From assembly GCA_964481365.1 (NCBI GenBank), contig CAYZTO010000001.1:23369-76350 (forward strand): a stretch of DNA of 52,982 bases. Reading direction: 5' to 3'. The notes beneath the pieces were generated by a model. It was not told where the DNA came from. It was given only the letters and a program-made list of their open reading frames with translations, and did no database searches. Shown here in pieces: positions 19,432 to 30,021 of the stretch. The DNA is from an uncultured Parabacteroides sp. GTDB lineage: Bacteria > Bacteroidota > Bacteroidia > Bacteroidales > Tannerellaceae. Every line of letters starts with the position of its first letter. Position 1 is the stretch's first letter. Position numbers and translations under genes: made by a program.

Positions 19432-19481
19432 AAAAAAAGAAAACCGGCAAGCATACGCGCAGAACACGCGCCGCCTGCCGG
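19432..19481 (-). terminator. Probable intrinsic terminator of the C69 peptidase gene
   Basis: CCGGCAAGC...GCCTGCCGG inverted repeat with an adjacent A-tract, read as a U-tract on the minus strand. Lies between convergent genes. Confidence 0.55.
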
Positions 19482-19509
19482 AATACGTATGTAAAATCCA
19501 AACAAAGAT

Positions 19510-21153
19510 TTACTTCTTCACTTTCAACTTTTCTCCGGCACTTTCAACAATGCTGCGATAGTATGCTTCATCATATCCGGGGAAATCCGGCATTTCAGAA
19601 AGACCGTAACCATTGTCGAGAAACTTTCCATTAGCTTCTTTCTTCACGTTCCCGTCAATATATTTCACAAGAAGGTATTCACCGAGCTTTTTCCAACGTT
19701 CGGTTGCATTATCCGCAGTTGTCGTACTGAACCAAGTGAGGAATTTCCTCGCTTCGTCAGGATTCTTCGCGTACAATTCCGACGCAGCCTTGTCCACCGC
19801 CGGAAGTATCTCTTCAAAATGGTCTTCAAGCTCACGTTGCACCTTTCGTATGTCTTGAATCATGAAACTGTACTTGTGATAAGCCATATTAGCGACCCAA
19901 TTATGAATCCAGAACGCCGAAGTCCAAGAAAACGTCATCATATCTCCATTTCCGACACGATAACATTCTGGTGAATCAGTCGAAGAGCAATAAATTGGCG
20001 TAAACACCGCCATGTCCGCGTCGTCCACGCCAAACCACAGAACGCCGCCTATTCCGTCCGGTAGCCAAGACCGCATTTGCGGGACAATCACAAATCCGGT
20101 CTGTTGAGTTGCTATCGCGCGTTCATTAATATATTCTTGTCCGTCTACATTAAACGACATCGGACGCCAACGGTATGGAACTTTGTATGGACCGGCTCCG
20201 GCGTCTTGCGTCATATCCATTTTTGTTCCCTCGAAATGGTCCCGCATCGCAGCTTGGACATCCCTCACGGAAAGTTTCCTGTCGGGCTTGATGTACAGCG
20301 GCATCGGCTGTTCATTTACATCACCCATCACAAATTTCTCGTATTTGTCCATTGATTTATCATATTTCCGGAAGAAAGACCAAACACGAGCCTCACAACC
20401 GCGCAGCGCTCCGAAATCGTATGGACAGTAAGCCTTTTGAAAGCTAAAATCCTTGTCGTCGCCGGAAAAGTACCCTTTTTCTCGTGCTAATTCCACCACA
20501 TCGGGAGAATAAATGCAATTTTCTTTGTCATCGAAGGGAATTTGTTGGATGCGCGCCTGGTTTGCATGCGCAGCGATACAATCGTCGGGAATACGGATAG
20601 CAACCCACACAGCGCCTTTCTTCCCTGGTCCTTTGCCGACCATTTCCATTATCCACGCCTCATTTTTGTCGGCAATCGAAAAACTTTCGCCGGCACTGCA
20701 ATAGCCGTACTCTTCTACCAGTCCGGTCATCACATCGATAGCCTCGCGCGCCGATTTTGAGCGTTGCAATGCAATATAAATCAAACTTCCGTAATCAATG
20801 ATACCTGTAGTATCTACCAATTCCATGCGCCCGCCAAAAGTACTCTCCGTAATGGCAACCTGGTGCTCATTCATGTTTCCTACCACGGAATATGTCTGCG
20901 CAACCTGGGGAATTTCCCCTAAGGGCTTTCCGGTATCCCATTCCGTAACCTTCAACATACTTCCTTCGGGCCAAGTGGCAGCCGGCCAGCGGTAAAGCTC
21001 TCCGTACAGCATGTGGGAGTCCGCCGCATAACTAATCATCACAGAACCGTCCACAGATGCTTTTTTCCCAACAAGCAGCCCCGTACAAGCGTTAGAATCG
21101 GTAGATGCCGCCAATGCCATGCAAATTGCTGCCGCAATCAAATTCTTTTTCAT
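19510..21153 (-). CDS. C69 family dipeptidase, secreted
   Basis: Signal peptide followed by the Ntn nucleophile CTGLLVG; GNMNEHQVAITESTFGG; HANQARI. Confidence 0.9.
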   Translation of the reverse strand: MKKNLIAAAICMALAASTDSNACTGLLVGKKASVDGSVMISYAADSHMLYGELYRWPAATWPEGSMLKVTEWDTGKPLGEIPQVAQTYSVVGNMNEHQVAITESTFGGRMELVDTTGIIDYGSLIYIALQRSKSAREAIDVMTGLVEEYGYCSAGESFSIADKNEAWIMEMVGKGPGKKGAVWVAIRIPDDCIAAHANQARIQQIPFDDKENCIYSPDVVELAREKGYFSGDDKDFSFQKAYCPYDFGALRGCEARVWSFFRKYDKSMDKYEKFVMGDVNEQPMPLYIKPDRKLSVRDVQAAMRDHFEGTKMDMTQDAGAGPYKVPYRWRPMSFNVDGQEYINERAIATQQTGFVIVPQMRSWLPDGIGGVLWFGVDDADMAVFTPIYCSSTDSPECYRVGNGDMMTFSWTSAFWIHNWVANMAYHKYSFMIQDIRKVQRELEDHFEEILPAVDKAASELYAKNPDEARKFLTWFSTTTADNATERWKKLGEYLLVKYIDGNVKKEANGKFLDNGYGLSEMPDFPGYDEAYYRSIVESAGEKLKVKK

Positions 21154-21346
21154 TTGTCTGTCTTATTTCAATGTTACAAGTCGCAAATTTACAAAATTGT
21201 ATTAATCCGCCGGCACCTAATTGATTATTTTCCAGCGCAAGCATGAAAAATACCGTACGGAAACGCCGACAAATTTCTTGTTTATGTTTTCTCATCTATA
21301 TTTTTTTTCGTACGTTTGCATTATTGAAATTTTTAAAGAAAGAATT

Positions 21347-21682
21347 ATGGGAGAAAAAGAGATTTCAAAATACGACGAGGTAGATTCATTGAATTTCATC
21401 AAGAATTACCTCCCGCAGGAACTGAAAGGCAAATTCAGTGACGACGACATCTATTATATCGTTGATTTGATTTACGAATTCTACGATTCCAAAGGTTATA
21501 CAAGTGAAGAAGGCAACGATGATGACGATGTTGAAATTGATGAAGACGAATTGGCGGATTTCGTTACGAAAACTGCAGAAAAAGACGGGATAGGCAAATT
21601 CGAGCCTGCTGACATTATTTTCATCGTGCAGGGCGAATTGGCTTACTGCGAATCTATCCATATTTTTGACACAAAAGAATAA
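21347..21682 (+). CDS. Small acidic hypothetical protein
   Basis: MGEKEISKYDE...FIKNYLPQELK...IVQGELAYCES. TACGTTTG at 21311-21318 supports this start. Confidence 0.8.
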   Translation: MGEKEISKYDEVDSLNFIKNYLPQELKGKFSDDDIYYIVDLIYEFYDSKGYTSEEGNDDDDVEIDEDELADFVTKTAEKDGIGKFEPADIIFIVQGELAYCESIHIFDTKE

Positions 21683-21698
21683 ACGCATTACTAAAGAT

Positions 21699-22382
21699 AT
21701 GAAATCATTGACATTACCAGCAGTTGCCGTGCTTTCCGCTTCTTTGCTCCTGTCAAGTTGCGGAACGTGGTCAAATACTGCAAAAGGAACAGCTATTGGT
21801 GTAGGTGGAGGAGCAGCTCTCGGAGCAGGAATCGGTGCAATAGCCGGAAATGCCGGGCTCGGGACTGCAATAGGCGCAGCTCTTGGCGGAACTGCCGGCG
21901 CGCTTATCGGGAAGAAGATGGACAAGCAAAAACAGGAACTGGAGGCTACTTTACCCGAAGAAGCAACAGTTGAAACGATAAATAACGGAGAAGCGTTGCG
22001 TGTGACATTCGATTCTGGCATCCTGTTTGCCACTAATTCCAGTACATTGGGCGACGCGTCGAAAAGCGCATTGCGCAAACTCGCCGAAAGCCTCGAAAAG
22101 AACCCCGGTACCGACATCAAGATTGTAGGACACACAGACAACACAGGGAGCGTAGATTATAACCAAACATTATCCGAAAAGCGCGCCAAAAGTGTTTACG
22201 ACTACATGATGGTGGACCAAGGCGTCAGCAGCAAGAGAATGGAATACGAAGGAAAGGGAGTACACGAACCGGTGGCAGATAATTACACTGAAGAAGGCAG
22301 GGCTTTGAACCGCCGGGTTGAAATACTGATTTTACCGAGCGACGAAATGATTGAGCAGGCAAAAGCCGGGACTTTACAATAA
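21699..22382 (+). CDS. OmpA family lipoprotein with glycine zipper
   Basis: Lipobox LLSSC, Gly-zipper GAALGAGIG, OmpA-C motifs GHTDNTG..NQTLSEKRA..NRRVEI. Confidence 0.93.
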   Translation: MKSLTLPAVAVLSASLLLSSCGTWSNTAKGTAIGVGGGAALGAGIGAIAGNAGLGTAIGAALGGTAGALIGKKMDKQKQELEATLPEEATVETINNGEALRVTFDSGILFATNSSTLGDASKSALRKLAESLEKNPGTDIKIVGHTDNTGSVDYNQTLSEKRAKSVYDYMMVDQGVSSKRMEYEGKGVHEPVADNYTEEGRALNRRVEILILPSDEMIEQAKAGTLQ

Positions 22383-22396
22383 ACTGCCATGATACA

Positions 22397-22459
22397 GGCT
22401 TCGGCAAACGATGGAACAGGCAAATTGACGCGCACCCCGTCTGCCGGAGCCGGCTTTTT
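22397..22459 (+). terminator. Hairpin plus T-tract after ompA
   Basis: GGCTTCGGCAAACG pairs with CGTCTGCCGGAGCC, followed by GGCTTTTT. The loop is large. Confidence 0.45.
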
Positions 22460-22506
22460 GGCAAAAACCCTATATTATATAATGTATAAACGATACAAAT
22501 AATAAA

Positions 22507-23445
22507 ATGCCGCTGAATTTACAAAAAAACCTTCCGGCAATAGAACTCCTCAAGAAAGAGCACATTTTTGTGATGGATTCTTTGCGGGCATCGTCGCAAG
22601 ACATCCGTCCGTTGCGTGTAATCATCCTGAATTTGATGCCACTGAAGATTACAACGGAAACTGACCTCGTCCGTCTGCTGAGTAACTCTCCGCTCCAGAT
22701 TGAGGTGACATTTCTGAAAATAAAGGGCCATACCCCGAAGAATACGCCCGTTGAGCACATGCGCCAGTTTTACATAGACTTCGATGTGGTGAAAAGCGAG
22801 TTTTTTGACGGAATGATTATCACCGGAGCGCCGGTAGAGCAAATGCCGTTCGAAGAAGTCAGTTATTGGGATGAAATTTCCGAAATCTTCGATTGGGCAC
22901 GCGTACATGTAACGTCCACCCTCTACATTTGCTGGGCAGCGCAGGCAGGATTGTACCATTTCTACGGGATACCAAAATATACGCTTCCGGCAAAAATGTT
23001 CGGAGTCTTCCGGCATACTTTACGCGAACATTACCTGCCAATTTTCCGTGGTTTCGACGACGAGTTCTATGTTCCGCACAGCCGCCACACGGAAGTCCGT
23101 CGTGACGATATTTTGAAAGAACCGTCGCTCGTTTTGCTTTCCGAGAGCGAAGAATCCGGCGTTTACATGGCAATGGCGAGAAACGGACGGGAGTTTTTCA
23201 TAACAGGGCACTCGGAATACTCTCCGTACACTCTGAATGACGAATACATCCGCGACCTGAAAAAAGGACTGCCCATTTCAGTGCCCCGCAATTATTACCG
23301 CAACGACGACCCGTCGCTCGGGCCGGTGGTGAGGTGGCGCGGCCATGCGAACCTTCTTTTTACCAATTGGCTTAACTATTATGTATATCAAGAGACGCCT
23401 TTCAATCCTTCTGACATTGCCGGCTTGAAAGACCTCGGGGAATGA
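22507..23445 (+). CDS. metA: MetA-family homoserine O-acyltransferase, likely acetyl-CoA specific
   Basis: LNLMP, ICWAAQA, PHSRH, TGHSEY. TGAPVE has Glu at the position associated with acetyltransferase specificity. Confidence 0.95.
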   Translation: MPLNLQKNLPAIELLKKEHIFVMDSLRASSQDIRPLRVIILNLMPLKITTETDLVRLLSNSPLQIEVTFLKIKGHTPKNTPVEHMRQFYIDFDVVKSEFFDGMIITGAPVEQMPFEEVSYWDEISEIFDWARVHVTSTLYICWAAQAGLYHFYGIPKYTLPAKMFGVFRHTLREHYLPIFRGFDDEFYVPHSRHTEVRRDDILKEPSLVLLSESEESGVYMAMARNGREFFITGHSEYSPYTLNDEYIRDLKKGLPISVPRNYYRNDDPSLGPVVRWRGHANLLFTNWLNYYVYQETPFNPSDIAGLKDLGE

Positions 23446-23449
23446 TTAT

Positions 23450-25276
23450 ATGGAAGAAAAAAGACCTGTTGAATTATTATCTCCCGCAAAAAACCTTGAA
23501 TGCGGCAAAGCTGCCATCGATTTTGGAGCAGATGCAGTGTATATCGGCGCTCCGAAGTTCAGCGCACGCGCGGCGGCAGGAAATTCACTTGAAGACATAA
23601 AAGAATTGTGCGACTACGCCCATTTTTACCGCGCGAAGGTGTATGTCGCGCTAAATACGATACTGTACGACAATGAACTGGATGAAGTTAGCCGGCTCAT
23701 CTGGCGACTGTATGAAATCGGCGTCGATGCGCTGATAATTCAGGACATGGGCATTTTGGAGCTGGACATTCCGCCAATTCCGCTGCACGCCAGCACACAA
23801 ACCGACAATAGAACCGAGGAGAAAGTAAAATTGCTTGAAAACGCAGGATTTTCGCGCGTCGTTCTTGCCCGTGAGCTTTCGCTCAACGAAATCAGCCGGA
23901 TTTCACAAAAGACGGGCATGGAAACCGAAGTTTTTGTACACGGTGCATTGTGCGTTTGCTATAGCGGCAACTGCTATTTAAGCCAGGCGATAATGGGCAG
24001 GAGCGCGAACCGTGGGGAATGCGCGCAGTGCTGCCGCCTGCCATACAGGCTGCTCGATTCGGAGGGAAGGGAAATTTCCAGCAAAAAACACTACTTGTCT
24101 TTAAAGGATTTGAACCGTTCCGAATATTTGGAGCAACTTATTGATGCGGGTGTCACATCCCTGAAAATTGAAGGGCGGTTAAAGGACATCGACTACGTAA
24201 AAAACGTAACCGCCTATTACAGGAAGAAATTGGACGCAATTTTCGAAAAAAGGAGCGAATATTGCAGTGCGTCGCACGGGCATTTCAATTTCAATTTCGA
24301 ACCAGACCCGAAAAAGAGCTTCAACCGTGGATTTACGGAGTATTTTTTAAAGAAACGGGAAAAAGACATATCTTCTATGGATACGCCAAAGTGGAAGGGC
24401 GAGTACATAGGAAAAGTAAGGAAAGCACATAATATCATTTATGATATTGACACGGATGTCCGGTTGAACAACGGGGACGGGATAACGTTCTTCGACGAGA
24501 CGAATGAATTGCAAGGATTCCGGATAAACCGGGTAAAAAAAGACAGCATAATAGTGCGCGAGCATAAATCCCTGAAAAAAGACACGCCGTTGTACCGGAA
24601 TTTGGACGTTTCCTTTATTTCGACGATTAAAAAATGTATTTTTCCGCGCAGAATACCAATCCGAATGGAATTTTCCGAGAATTCCGGCAGATTTTCCCTT
24701 TTTATTGAAGACGAATTTGGAAATTCGGCAAAATTTGAAAGAAATCACAATGGAGAAGCTGCGAAGCAAGACCAATCGGAGAAAATACGCGAAGAATTGT
24801 CGAAACTTGGCAATTCTCCTTTCATCGCGAAAGAAATCAAGGTAAATCCGACAAAAACGTTTGTCCCGATATCTAAAATTGCCGAATTTCGTCGGATTGC
24901 GGTAAATAATTTTCTTTCAATATGGAAAACGTCGGCAATGCAGAGGCAAACTTACACTCCAAAAACCAAAATGCACAAATTGCCATTAAAAGGAAAGAGT
25001 ATAAATTGCCTTTATAACGTCAGCAACAAGAAATCATTGGAATTTTACAAGAAATGCGGTGCTGATTCCATTTCAATGGCATACGAAATAGAAGCGCAAA
25101 AGAATATTCCTGTAATGCAGACGAAGTTTTGCCTGCTTTTCAGCCTGGGCTTATGTTTGAAGAATAAAACAAAAGAAATGCAGTACCGCCAGCCTTTTTA
25201 CCTTGTATATAATAACATTTCACTACGATTGGAATTTGATTGCAAGAAATGCCAAATGGAAATTTGGAAAGAATAG
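23450..25276 (+). CDS. U32 family protein, long form (RlhA-like RNA hydroxylase candidate)
   Basis: ELLSPA, GADAVYIG, HASTQ, FVHGALCVCYSGNC..RSANRGECAQCCR Fe-S motif, SLKIEGR. Confidence 0.88.
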   Translation: MEEKRPVELLSPAKNLECGKAAIDFGADAVYIGAPKFSARAAAGNSLEDIKELCDYAHFYRAKVYVALNTILYDNELDEVSRLIWRLYEIGVDALIIQDMGILELDIPPIPLHASTQTDNRTEEKVKLLENAGFSRVVLARELSLNEISRISQKTGMETEVFVHGALCVCYSGNCYLSQAIMGRSANRGECAQCCRLPYRLLDSEGREISSKKHYLSLKDLNRSEYLEQLIDAGVTSLKIEGRLKDIDYVKNVTAYYRKKLDAIFEKRSEYCSASHGHFNFNFEPDPKKSFNRGFTEYFLKKREKDISSMDTPKWKGEYIGKVRKAHNIIYDIDTDVRLNNGDGITFFDETNELQGFRINRVKKDSIIVREHKSLKKDTPLYRNLDVSFISTIKKCIFPRRIPIRMEFSENSGRFSLFIEDEFGNSAKFERNHNGEAAKQDQSEKIREELSKLGNSPFIAKEIKVNPTKTFVPISKIAEFRRIAVNNFLSIWKTSAMQRQTYTPKTKMHKLPLKGKSINCLYNVSNKKSLEFYKKCGADSISMAYEIEAQKNIPVMQTKFCLLFSLGLCLKNKTKEMQYRQPFYLVYNNISLRLEFDCKKCQMEIWKE

Positions 25277-25305
25277 TATATTCACTAATTAATCAACAAA
25301 AAATT

Positions 25306-26133
25306 ATGACAAAAAAGAAAACCGGACTATGTTTTTTGGCAGCTGCTGTGCTGCTTGGAACATCATGCAACCAGAACAAGCTGGATTCATCTAAACCTGT
25401 TTTTGTACGGATTGAAACGACGAAAGGCAACGTTACCGTGCAACTTTACGACGACACTCCGCTGCACAAGGAGAATTTTATCCGTTTGTGCCGTAGCAAT
25501 TACTACGACGGGGTAATTTTCCACAGAATCATCAAGGAATTTGTAGTGCAAGGCGGAGACCCCGACAGCCGTGAGCGTAAACCGGGCGTTTTGTATGGCG
25601 AAAATGGTGGCGGATACACTGTTCCTGCGGAAATTCTTGAAAAATACTTCAACAAACGCGGCTCGTTGATAGATGCGAAAGAAACCGACGACGTGAACCC
25701 TCTGCGTGAATCGGCGGGAACGCAATTCTGTTTTGTACAAGGAAAAGTGTGGGACGACGCGGGATTGGACTCGATGGAGCGGCGAATCAACCAAATTCGC
25801 GAAAATTGGCTTTTCCATACGTTCCGTTCACGCCTGCAGGAACAGCAACCCGAATTATCGAAGCCTGAAAATGACGGAATTTTGCAGGAAGAAGCAAACC
25901 GGCTGCTGCAAGACACGCTTGCCGTGCTGCCGCGCGTTTCGATTCCGGAGGAACACCGGGAAGTTTACAAAACCATTGGCGGTACGCCACATTTGGATGG
26001 TTCGGTAACAATTTTCGGAGAAGTGACCGACGGATTTGACATAGTGGAGCAAATGTCTGTCGTTCCGACCGATGAAAATGACCGTCCGCTCGAAGACGTG
26101 GTTATCCTAAAAACAGAAGTATTCCAAAATTAA
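25306..26133 (+). CDS. Cyclophilin-type peptidyl-prolyl isomerase lipoprotein
   Basis: FHRII..QGGDP, GGTPHLDG..FGEV, large helical insert, lipobox LLGTSC. Start moved to 25306. Confidence 0.9.
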   Translation: MTKKKTGLCFLAAAVLLGTSCNQNKLDSSKPVFVRIETTKGNVTVQLYDDTPLHKENFIRLCRSNYYDGVIFHRIIKEFVVQGGDPDSRERKPGVLYGENGGGYTVPAEILEKYFNKRGSLIDAKETDDVNPLRESAGTQFCFVQGKVWDDAGLDSMERRINQIRENWLFHTFRSRLQEQQPELSKPENDGILQEEANRLLQDTLAVLPRVSIPEEHREVYKTIGGTPHLDGSVTIFGEVTDGFDIVEQMSVVPTDENDRPLEDVVILKTEVFQN

Positions 26134-26281
26134 AACGACTAACAAAAGTTTTGCTACAAATGTTGAATTTCGGCAGAAAAATTGTTTCTCTCGGAATATT
26201 ATCATAACTTGCAGGCAAGATGAGAGTCTATTGTGACATTGATAAAACAAATAATGAAAAATCATTTTAAAATAGAGGATT

Positions 26282-27127
26282 ATGGGTACTTACACATTAA
26301 TTCCTGAAATTTACATCGGCGGATTCAATAAAGCCGAGAAAGTTGATTTGATTGAACGCTACATCGGGAACATTCCAAAGAAAACGTCCGGTTCGGAAGA
26401 ACCTGGTGGCCCGGCGGTGCAAAGTGCGGATGTATATAACCTCGAAGTGCTGAACATCAAGGAAGAGCAGCTCCTGCGTTTGCAGGAAATCCTGGCGGAT
26501 ATGCAGGACTTGACAATGCAGACGCGGGCAAGTAACCAGACGCAGGAATTGCAATCTGCCGACAAGGAACGGACGCGCATCGCGCAATACATCGTGAACC
26601 GCATTTGCAATTACAAACTTTTGCCGCTTGCGGCTGAACGTAATGCAGCATTGGCTATGGCGACGGAAATTTCGCCATATATAGGAATCTACCGGCTTCC
26701 GATGGGGCAAAAATCGGCAGTCATAAACGGATTATTGACGGATGCCCGCAAATCTGAGTATTCCGCGCACGTGAAAACGCTGAATCTGGAAGAATCGCTC
26801 AATCAGCTGGAACAGATGAACAACCGTTACCGCGAACTGCAAACCCAACGTGCTTCGCAGCGCGACATCAAGCAGGAACGCCAAACCATCAAAGATTTGG
26901 CGGCAGAAGCCGAGAATTTGATTGACGACATGAATGCATTAGCCAATGCGACGAGCTTGCTGGAACCTTGCGATGAGGCTTCGGCTTTCATCCGCGAAAC
27001 TATCAAATTGTTCGAAGAGGTGAAGGCGGCACGGAACAAGCGCGGTAGCCGCGACGATGAAGATGGCGGGGACGACGACGACGCGGATGACAAACCGGTA
27101 GAAGACGACCGCCCTGTGGTGCAATAA
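26282..27127 (+). CDS. All-helical hypothetical protein, DUF6261-like
   Basis: Helical body (ADKERT, INGLLTD, LEQMNNRY) and acidic tail ending DDRPVVQ. Family assignment is from memory and was not searched. Confidence 0.65.
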   Translation: MGTYTLIPEIYIGGFNKAEKVDLIERYIGNIPKKTSGSEEPGGPAVQSADVYNLEVLNIKEEQLLRLQEILADMQDLTMQTRASNQTQELQSADKERTRIAQYIVNRICNYKLLPLAAERNAALAMATEISPYIGIYRLPMGQKSAVINGLLTDARKSEYSAHVKTLNLEESLNQLEQMNNRYRELQTQRASQRDIKQERQTIKDLAAEAENLIDDMNALANATSLLEPCDEASAFIRETIKLFEEVKAARNKRGSRDDEDGGDDDDADDKPVEDDRPVVQ

Positions 27128-27182
27128 CATTGTTTTTAGCCATAAATTCTGAAAAGCAACAGCCACAGGCTATTGTTTGCGC

Positions 27183-27219
27183 AAAAAAAGGACGCCTAAG
27201 AAATTTCCTAGACGTCCTT
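27183..27219 (-). terminator. Intrinsic terminator of the SPOR gene
   Basis: Minus-strand RNA AAGGACGUCUAGG-loop-CUUAGGCGUCC-U7. Confidence 0.8.
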
Positions 27220-27248
27220 AAACAAAATACTATAATTTATGAAGCAAA

Positions 27249-27746
27249 CTAGTACGCTTTTTCTAAAATCCACGCATCTTGGAAGTTCGGGGCATATATA
27301 GCTTTGATATTGTCGCGGCTCCGCACAGCGTCGGATTTGTTGTCGAAACTTGAGACAATTACGCGAAGCATCCCTTGTTCGTTCTCTCCGAGAACTGCGT
27401 TGTAGCCGTCATTAATCATCCTATCCTTCAAAGAATACGCATTTGTCCGGTTTTGGAAACTTCCCACGACAACGCTGTAACGTTTCAGGCGGTTGGCATC
27501 TTCCCCCTCGGCAGCAGAAATATTTTCCATGCGCGTATCAGTTGCAGGTGCCTCAGGGCGCGGCTTTTCCACGGGTGTGAAATCTTCCGGTTCCGATGCA
27601 TAAAAATCATCTTCTTCTACGGGAGCAGACATTACTTTTTCCTTAGCAGCCTCGTATGCCGCTTTATACGCGCTCTCTTTAGACTTGCACGAGCTAAATG
27701 CAAGAATCATACAGAAAGTTGCTCCCAACAACCAAAATTTGTTCAT
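27249..27746 (-). CDS. SPOR domain lipoprotein
   Basis: Lipobox AFSSC, YSVVVGSF..NA, RVIV, DAWIL. TATATTTG at 27804-27797. Confidence 0.88.
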   Translation of the reverse strand: MNKFWLLGATFCMILAFSSCKSKESAYKAAYEAAKEKVMSAPVEEDDFYASEPEDFTPVEKPRPEAPATDTRMENISAAEGEDANRLKRYSVVVGSFQNRTNAYSLKDRMINDGYNAVLGENEQGMLRVIVSSFDNKSDAVRSRDNIKAIYAPNFQDAWILEKAY

Positions 27747-27850
27747 AACGTATTTCCTATTTTTGTTGATACTATATTACCTCCCGAATTCGAGGGCAAA
27801 TATAAGTAAGAAGTTTGAAAAACACCACAAAAAATTCCACGAATCTTTCG

Positions 27851-29902
27851 TCACCATACATTTACCCTATTTTCCGGCTCCAAAAACATCGGGTCTCCTT
27901 CTTTTATCCCGAATGCCGTGTAGAAATCGTCGATATTGCGGAGCGCGGCATTTACGCGCCATTTGCCAAGCGAATGCGGGTCGGTTTTCGTCAAACGGAT
28001 TATTTCTTCAGTCCGGATGTTCTGCGCCCAGAGGCTTGCGTATGCCAAATAGAAGCGCTGTTCGTCGGTGAAGCCGTCGATTGGCTCCGGGACGGGCTTT
28101 CCTTCGCGGCTGTTCAAATATGCTTGGTGGGCAACCAGCAATCCGCCCTGGTCGGCAATATTTTCGCCCAAAGTGTAGCGGCCGTTGGCATGCACGGTAT
28201 CTGTAACGATGATATTGCTGTACTGCTGCGCAAGGATGTCGGCGCGGCTGGTAAATTGCTTGGCATCCTCGGCGGTCCACCAATCGACGAGGTTTCCTGC
28301 TCGGTCGTAGTTGCGCCCTTGGTCATCAAAGCCATGAGTCATCTCATGTCCGATAACCACGCCAATCGCCCCGTAGTTTACGGCGTCATCGGCAGAAGGA
28401 TTGAAAAATGGCGGTTGAAGTATCCCAGCGGGGAAACAAATTTCATTTGTATTCGGGCTATAGTAGGCATTTACCGTTTGCGGCGTCATGTACCAGCGGG
28501 ATTTGTCCACGGGCTTGCCGACGTCGGAAAGCATATAATCAAAATCGAAGATTTGCGCGCGCCGGTAATTTGCCCAGTAAGAATCTTCGCGAACTTCCAA
28601 TGCGGAGTAATCGCGCCATTTGTCCGGATAACCAATCTTGACGGTGAACGAAGAGAGCTTTTCTTGTGCTTTCATTTTCGTCGAATCGCCCATCCATTCA
28701 AGCGAAGATATGCGCTGCCCCAACGCTACCTGCAAATTCTTCACCAATTCAAGCATTTTCTCTTTTGACGAAGCAGGGAAGTATCTTTCTACATAGATTT
28801 CGCCCACCGCTTCACCCAGGGCGGAATTAACCATGTCCACTGCGCGTTTCCATCTGGGCTGCAGCTCTTCTCTGCCGGACATCACCCTGCCGTGGAAATC
28901 GAACGAAGCATTTACAAAATCATCGCCCAAATAATTCGCAGCCCTGTTCATGAGATGGAAAGCGAGGTAAATTTTCTGGTCATCGAGCGATACATCTTTC
29001 AGGAGTTTGTCCAGCGCGGGATAATAATCAATCTGGGAAACGTTCAGTTCCGCCAATCCCGAAAGCCCTATCGCTGAAAGGTACGCATCCCAGTCGAGGA
29101 TGGAATTTTTCGATTTGAAATCATCGACAGTGATTTTGTTGTAATTTTTTTGCGTGTCGCGTAATTGTTCGCGGCTGTAACTGGATTTCGCAATGGCATT
29201 TTCAATCTTCATTACCGAATTTACCGCAGCTTCGGCTTGTTCCGGGCTGGCACCAATGAATTCGAACAATTGTCGGATGTAATCTTTATATGCAGCCCTG
29301 ATTTTCTCCATTGTGTCGTCTTTCTGTAGATAATAGTCGCGGTCCCCCATTCCCAGACCGGACTGATAGATGCTCACGATGTTCATTTCGCTATTTTTAT
29401 CGTCCGGACCGACGAACAACGCGAAGTACGGGGAAATTCCTTCTTTCTGAAGATTCGCAACCATCTTCGACAGCTCGGTTTTCGAAGCCAACGAACGAAT
29501 CGATTCGAGTTCTTGCTTGATTGGCTCGTATCCGAGTTCATTTGCCTTGGAGCTGTCTAAAGCCACCGAGTACATGGTCGAGATTTTCTGCGCCACGCTA
29601 TTTGTTTCCTGAGGATTAGCCCCCAGTTCCTCGATTAGTGTACGTATCTGTTCTTGATTGTCTTCCCTCAGCTGGTTGAACACACCGTAGCTTGAGTATT
29701 CCGGTTTCAACGGGTTATTCTTCATCCAACCGCCGCAAGCATATTGATAGAAATCAGTTCCGGGCAAAACCGTCGTATCCATGTTGGCTGCGTCGATTGC
29801 CAGGTTACTTGCCTCGTCGCTCTGCTGCGTCGAGGTACAACTTGCCAAAGCCACCGCTCCGGCAGCTAAAAAAGGCAGTAAAAGTCTTTTAGTTTTCTCC
29901 AT
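27851..29902 (-). CDS. pepO: M13 family metalloendopeptidase lipoprotein
   Basis: DFYQYACGGW, VNAYY, HEMTH (HExxH), GENIADQGG, DPHS, lipobox LASC. Confidence 0.94.
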   Translation of the reverse strand: MEKTKRLLLPFLAAGAVALASCTSTQQSDEASNLAIDAANMDTTVLPGTDFYQYACGGWMKNNPLKPEYSSYGVFNQLREDNQEQIRTLIEELGANPQETNSVAQKISTMYSVALDSSKANELGYEPIKQELESIRSLASKTELSKMVANLQKEGISPYFALFVGPDDKNSEMNIVSIYQSGLGMGDRDYYLQKDDTMEKIRAAYKDYIRQLFEFIGASPEQAEAAVNSVMKIENAIAKSSYSREQLRDTQKNYNKITVDDFKSKNSILDWDAYLSAIGLSGLAELNVSQIDYYPALDKLLKDVSLDDQKIYLAFHLMNRAANYLGDDFVNASFDFHGRVMSGREELQPRWKRAVDMVNSALGEAVGEIYVERYFPASSKEKMLELVKNLQVALGQRISSLEWMGDSTKMKAQEKLSSFTVKIGYPDKWRDYSALEVREDSYWANYRRAQIFDFDYMLSDVGKPVDKSRWYMTPQTVNAYYSPNTNEICFPAGILQPPFFNPSADDAVNYGAIGVVIGHEMTHGFDDQGRNYDRAGNLVDWWTAEDAKQFTSRADILAQQYSNIIVTDTVHANGRYTLGENIADQGGLLVAHQAYLNSREGKPVPEPIDGFTDEQRFYLAYASLWAQNIRTEEIIRLTKTDPHSLGKWRVNAALRNIDDFYTAFGIKEGDPMFLEPENRVNVW

Positions 29903-30021
29903 TGTATTACTTTACCTAAAAACGGGGCAAATGTAGCAAAAAATGGATGCGGCATCAACAAGTTTTATGCTTTATTCCGTACTTTTGCCACAGAACATAC
30001 TCATTTAATCAATAGTGAAAG

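Noticed and set aside
22383-22506. SAM riboswitch upstream of metA
   Set aside because: I could not recognise SAM-I or SAM-II consensus elements. The hairpin is better explained as the ompA terminator. An Rfam scan would settle it.
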